Assembly (NCBI GenBank): GCA_002269645.1
Contig: NIVC01001401.1
Coordinates: 1 to 64,000, forward strand
Reading direction: 5' to 3'
DNA: 64,000 nt
Source of the DNA: Macrostomum lignano
Lineage: Eukaryota
The position numbers were made by a program, and so were the translations under genes. The notes beneath the pieces are model-generated. The model was not told where the DNA came from and did no database searches. It saw nothing but the letters and a program-made list of their open reading frames with translations. The first letter of the stretch is position 1, and the number at the start of each line of letters is the position of its first letter. Shown one piece after another: positions 59,970 through 64,000 of this stretch.

Positions 59970-62446
59970 ATGCGCTACCATAGACAGTCAGAGGAGCTGG
60001 AGCCCGCGCCAGCTGTACCGGCAACTGCAGATGGCATTGTCATTGTTGGCAGCGGCGGAATGGACGCCACCGATGGGGACGCCGACAGCGGCCTGATGGT
60101 GAGCGGCCGGACTGGATCCAGAGTGCCCAGACCACTAGCCTGGGCCCAGCTAATCCTAGGCGTCCTTGGCTTTGTGCTGGGCGCCACCGACGTTGGAGTT
60201 CGAGCAGCGGCTGGGGCCAGCAATGCTACAGTTGTTGCATTCCATTCTGTGCGCCCTGTGCAAGCCTTTGACGTCACAGGCGCGTTCGGCTTTCCTATCT
60301 GGTGCTCCCTGTCCGTGAGTACCGGGTCTGTAGCTGCTTGCTTAGCTTCCATTATTTGCTACTGCTGTCTTAGTGTAAAGAGTCTAAAGAGTGATTGCAA
60401 ACAACTCACTAGTGACTCTAGCGATTCTGGGGTGACTCCAAGAACGACTCAAACGACTGCAATGCGACGGAGAGGCGACTGTTGAGTCACGAGCGCAACA
60501 CGTGCATTGTAGAATCGGAAAAGAGTCGTTGTGTTAGCGTCTAACTTTCTACTATCGCAAGTAGAGTTAATAGAGTTGTTTTGAATGCGATGTGCGATTC
60601 TAATGCATAAAGTGAGGGTTGGCAAACTCCGGCTCGCTCAAAGTTTGCGTCTCTTCTCAGTTCTCTCTTCTCCTCTACTTTCCTCTCCTCTTCTCTCTTG
60701 TACCGTGACATGTCGTCGTTCTAGAGTCGTCCAAAAGTCACTTACTTCGTATTTTACGTGTGTTAAAATTATGTACGTATTTATTATCGTCAATTTTACA
60801 CAATAATGAATTACTGGATAGAAAGTTAATTTTTTTAAATTATTTCGGTTTTTCGGTTTTTTAAAGCTTCTCGTAAAATCAATGCATTCGTATTATCTCT
60901 TCATGACGTAAAATGTAAGACATTCCCCGTGCATTTTTATTACAGATGCTAGTTTCCAGCGGTTTGGCATTGTGGTATGCAAACACTCAGCTGCAAAAAA
61001 TGGTGAGGGTTTTCAAAGTTTTTTTTATGAAGTCCACTTGTAAGTCTTAAGACTCACTTTTTCTAGGGTATTCCCTGTTGCTAGGGTATTCCCTGTTGCT
61101 AGGGTATTCCCTGTTGCTAGGGTATTCCCTGTTGCTAGGGTATTCATTGTTGCTAGGGTATTCGTTGTTGCTAGGGTATTTGTTGTTGCTAGGGTATTCC
61201 CTGTTAGGGTATCCCTGTTAGTGTATCCATGTTGCTAGGGTATTCCCTGTAAGGATATCCCTTTTGCTAGGGTATTCCTTGTTAGGGTATCCTTGTTGCT
61301 AGGGTATTCCTTGTTAGGGTATCCTTGTTGCTAGGGTATTCCCTGTTAGGGTATCCTTGTTGCTAGGGTATCCCTGTTGCTAGAGTATCCTAAATGGCCT
61401 TTATGTAGCTTTCCTCGAGGCTTGGATGCTGAAGTGTGAGGCCATCTGCCACTAATAAGCAGTACAAGGCGCAAATTTCCAACCCATTCCAGCTGAGACT
61501 GTACCGCCTGTACTCCCTGTTCAACCTGGGCATTCAGTCGGTCGGCTGCCTGCTGCTAGTGGTGGCCTGGATCGCCCTGTCCCAACCGTCCGACTCGCCT
61601 TCGCCCGATCCGACAGGCGTTTCGCCTTCTCAGTCGCCGTTGCAGCCTCAGCAGCAGGAGCATCAACAGCTGCGGGTGTTTTTGGCGCTGTGCTCAATGG
61701 TGCTGACGGCCAGCTGGCTGCTGGTGCTGGCCTGCGTTTCCTGCGATTGGTGCGTTGGCAAAAATCTGCTCCAAGTGCTGGGCATCTTCGTGAGAACTGT
61801 GTTTCACAGGTCCCAGCGGGACTCCTTCTCCGAGCTGAAGCGGAGCACGAATTCGCTGAATGTGAGTGCAGTGTTTTATAAATTGTCCACTGAGTGATCT
61901 TTGTGAGCATTTGGGTAACACAGATGTCCACTGAGTGATCTTTGTGAGCATTTGGGGTAGCGCAAATGTCCACTGAGGGATCTTTGGGAGTATTTGGGTA
62001 GCAAAGATGTCCACCGAGTGATCTTTGTGAGTATTTGGGTTAGCGCAAATGTCCACTGAGTGATTTTCGTGTGCTGGGGTAGCGCAAATGTCCACTGAGG
62101 GATCTTTGGGAGTATTTGGGTAGCAAAGATGTCCACCGAGTGATCTTTGTGAGTATTTGGGTTAGCGCAAATGTCCACTGAGTGATTTTCGTGTGCTGGG
62201 GTAGCACAAATGTCCACTGAGTGATCTTTGTGAGCATTTGGGTAACGCAGATGTCCACTGAGTGATCTTTGTGAGCATTTGGGGTAGCGCAAATGTCTAC
62301 TGCGTGATCTTTGTGAGTATTTGGGTAACACAAATGTCTACTGAGTGATTTTTTGTGCTGGGTTAGCACGACAAGTGTCCACTGAGTGAAATTGATATCA
62401 CTTTGCCCCACCCCTCTCCCATTTGCAGTCCATGCACATGGAGCCG
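59970..62446 (+). CDS. MS4A/CD20-like four-pass membrane protein, 5' part (continues past the window)
   Basis: Exons 59970-60314, 60946-61002, 61493-61861 and a probable 18-nt micro-exon 62429-62446, all phase 0 with GT-AG ends. Four hydrophobic helices; GFPIWCSLSMLVSSGLALW resembles the MS4A TM2 motif. No stop within the exons found. Confidence 0.7.
60612..60700 (+). mobile_element. Deleted remnant of the CAGGGGTCGGCAAAC MITE family
   Basis: GAGGGTTGGCAAACTCCGGC followed by CGCTCAAAGTTTG and a CT-rich tract. Confidence 0.45.
61070..61388. repeat. About 18-bp minisatellite TAGGGTATTCCCTGTTGC
   Basis: About 18 units. Confidence 0.88.
61885..62390. repeat. About 41-bp minisatellite (ATGTCCACTGAGTGATCTTTGTGAG core)
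   Basis: About 12 units. Confidence 0.88.
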
Positions 62447-62934
62447 GTGAGTGCTATGCTGCTAAGTTGCACAATTGCAAGCAATGCAAAAAGTTTGTTA
62501 TAAACCATCCGAGTGCAAATTTGAATAACCGTACATAAGCAGAGGGTGTTGTGGCACCATTTGCACACAGACACCCCGAGTTGCACAATTTCCCGATCAC
62601 GTCGCGATTTTTTGCGGTTATTTGTTACAAGCCATAATATATTTAAGCAATTTTTTTCAGTTGAGCTCAAACTATAGTATTAGTATATGCACCTAGATAT
62701 CTGTCACCTGCGAAATCAAATATATATATATATGTCCTTATGACTTGTACAATCACTTAATTAACAAAATATGTTGCAACAAATCCCTCCCTTAGCAACC
62801 TCAATTAACAAAACGCCCCATATTCGCCCTCTCCCACATCCAAAAAATCCATAATTGACAATCACAGTTTTATAGGGAATCTCCTATTAGGAATCCATAT
62901 TAAAATATCGCCCCGATCTTTCAATATGGAAAAT

Positions 62935-64000
62935 TCCCTATTAGAAAATAGCCCCCATCTGGGGAATTCCCTTCTTTATAAAAAATCGCTCCAATATCCA
63001 GGGAATTCCCTATTTTAGAATAAGTCCCAATCCAGGCAATTCCCTATTTTAGAATAGGTCCCAATCCAGGGAATTCCCTATTTTAGAATAGTCCCAATCC
63101 AGGCAATTCCCTATTTTAGAATAAGTCCCAATCCAGGCAATTCCCTATTTTAGAATAAGTCCCAATCCAGGGAATTCCCTATTTTAGAATAGGTCCCAAT
63201 CCAGGCAATTCCCTATTTTAGAATAGGTCCCAATCCAGGGAATTCCCTATTTTAGAATAGGTCCCAATCCAGGCAATTCCCTATTTTAGAATAAGTCCCA
63301 ATCCAGGGAATTCCCTATTTTAGAATAGGTCCCAATCCAGGCAATTCCCTATTTTAGAATAGGTCCCAATCCAGGGAATTCCCTATTTTAGAATAGGTCC
63401 CAATCCAGGCAATTCCCTATTTTAGAATAAGTCCCAATCCAGGGAATTCCCTATTTTAGAATAGGTCCCAATCCAGGCAATTCCCTATTTTAGAATAGGT
63501 CCCAATCCAGGGAATTCCCTATTTTAGAATAGGTCCCAATCCAGGGAATTCCCTATTTTAGAATAGGTCCCAATCCAGGCAATTCCCTATTTTAGAATAA
63601 GTCCCAATCCAGGGAATTCCCTATTTTAGAATAGGTCCCAATCCAGGCAATTCCCTATTTTAGAATAGGTCCCAATCCAGGGAATTCCCTATTTTAGAAT
63701 AGGTCCCAATCCAGGGAATTCCCTATTTTAGAATAGGTCCCAATCCAGGGAATTCCCTATTTTAGAATAGGTCCCAATCCAGGGAATTCCCTATTTTAGA
63801 ATAGGTCCCAATCCAGGGAATTCCCTATTTTAGAATAAGTCCCAATCCAGGGAATTCCCTATTTTAGAATAGGTCCCAATCCAGGGAATTCCCTATTTTA
63901 GAATAGGTCCCAATCCAGGCAATTCCCTATTTTAGAATAGGTCCCAATCCAGGCAATTCCCTATTTTAGAATAGGTCCCAATCCAGGGAATTCCCTATTT
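62935..64000. repeat. 34-bp minisatellite GGGAATTCCCTATTTTAGAATAGGTCCCAATCCA
   Basis: About 30 units running to the window end. Confidence 0.92.

Overview
This is eukaryotic (metazoan) genomic DNA, not prokaryotic: GC-rich spliced exons are separated by introns that almost all carry a 11-80 bp tandem array. The pattern, together with TTAGGG-containing repeats and a gene that appears to need a spliced-leader AUG, points to a free-living flatworm such as Macrostomum (inference, not proven). Genes read by hand: the frameshifted 3' end of an SRI-domain gene (RECQL5-like); NOG1/GTPBP4 (6 exons, one GC-AG intron); an intronless secreted PAN-like/LamG-like protein; CDK5RAP1 (MiaB-type methylthiotransferase, 6 exons); a small EF-hand-like gene; a SOCS7-like gene; a lebercilin (LCA5)-like gene (8 exons) with tRNA-Arg(ACG) in an intron; and the 5' part of an MS4A/CD20-like tetraspan gene. 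A 3.6-kb tandem duplication, LINE remnants, two tRNA-derived SINEs and several hAT-type MITEs with target-site duplications are also present. Strongest observations: (1) the CDK5RAP1 first exon has no ATG of its own but fits in frame with a spliced-leader AUG, giving a mitochondrial presequence; (2) two dispersed 66-bp copies of the 28S rRNA H69-H71 segment have the same boundaries and a scrambled R2/I-PpoI target core, one lying inside a MITE; (3) two kilobase-scale blocks have no CpG and coincide with putative 5'UTR introns; (4) there is local evidence that MITEs, splice junctions and neighbouring introns seed or exchange minisatellites. All alignments and counts were done by eye; no database searches were run.
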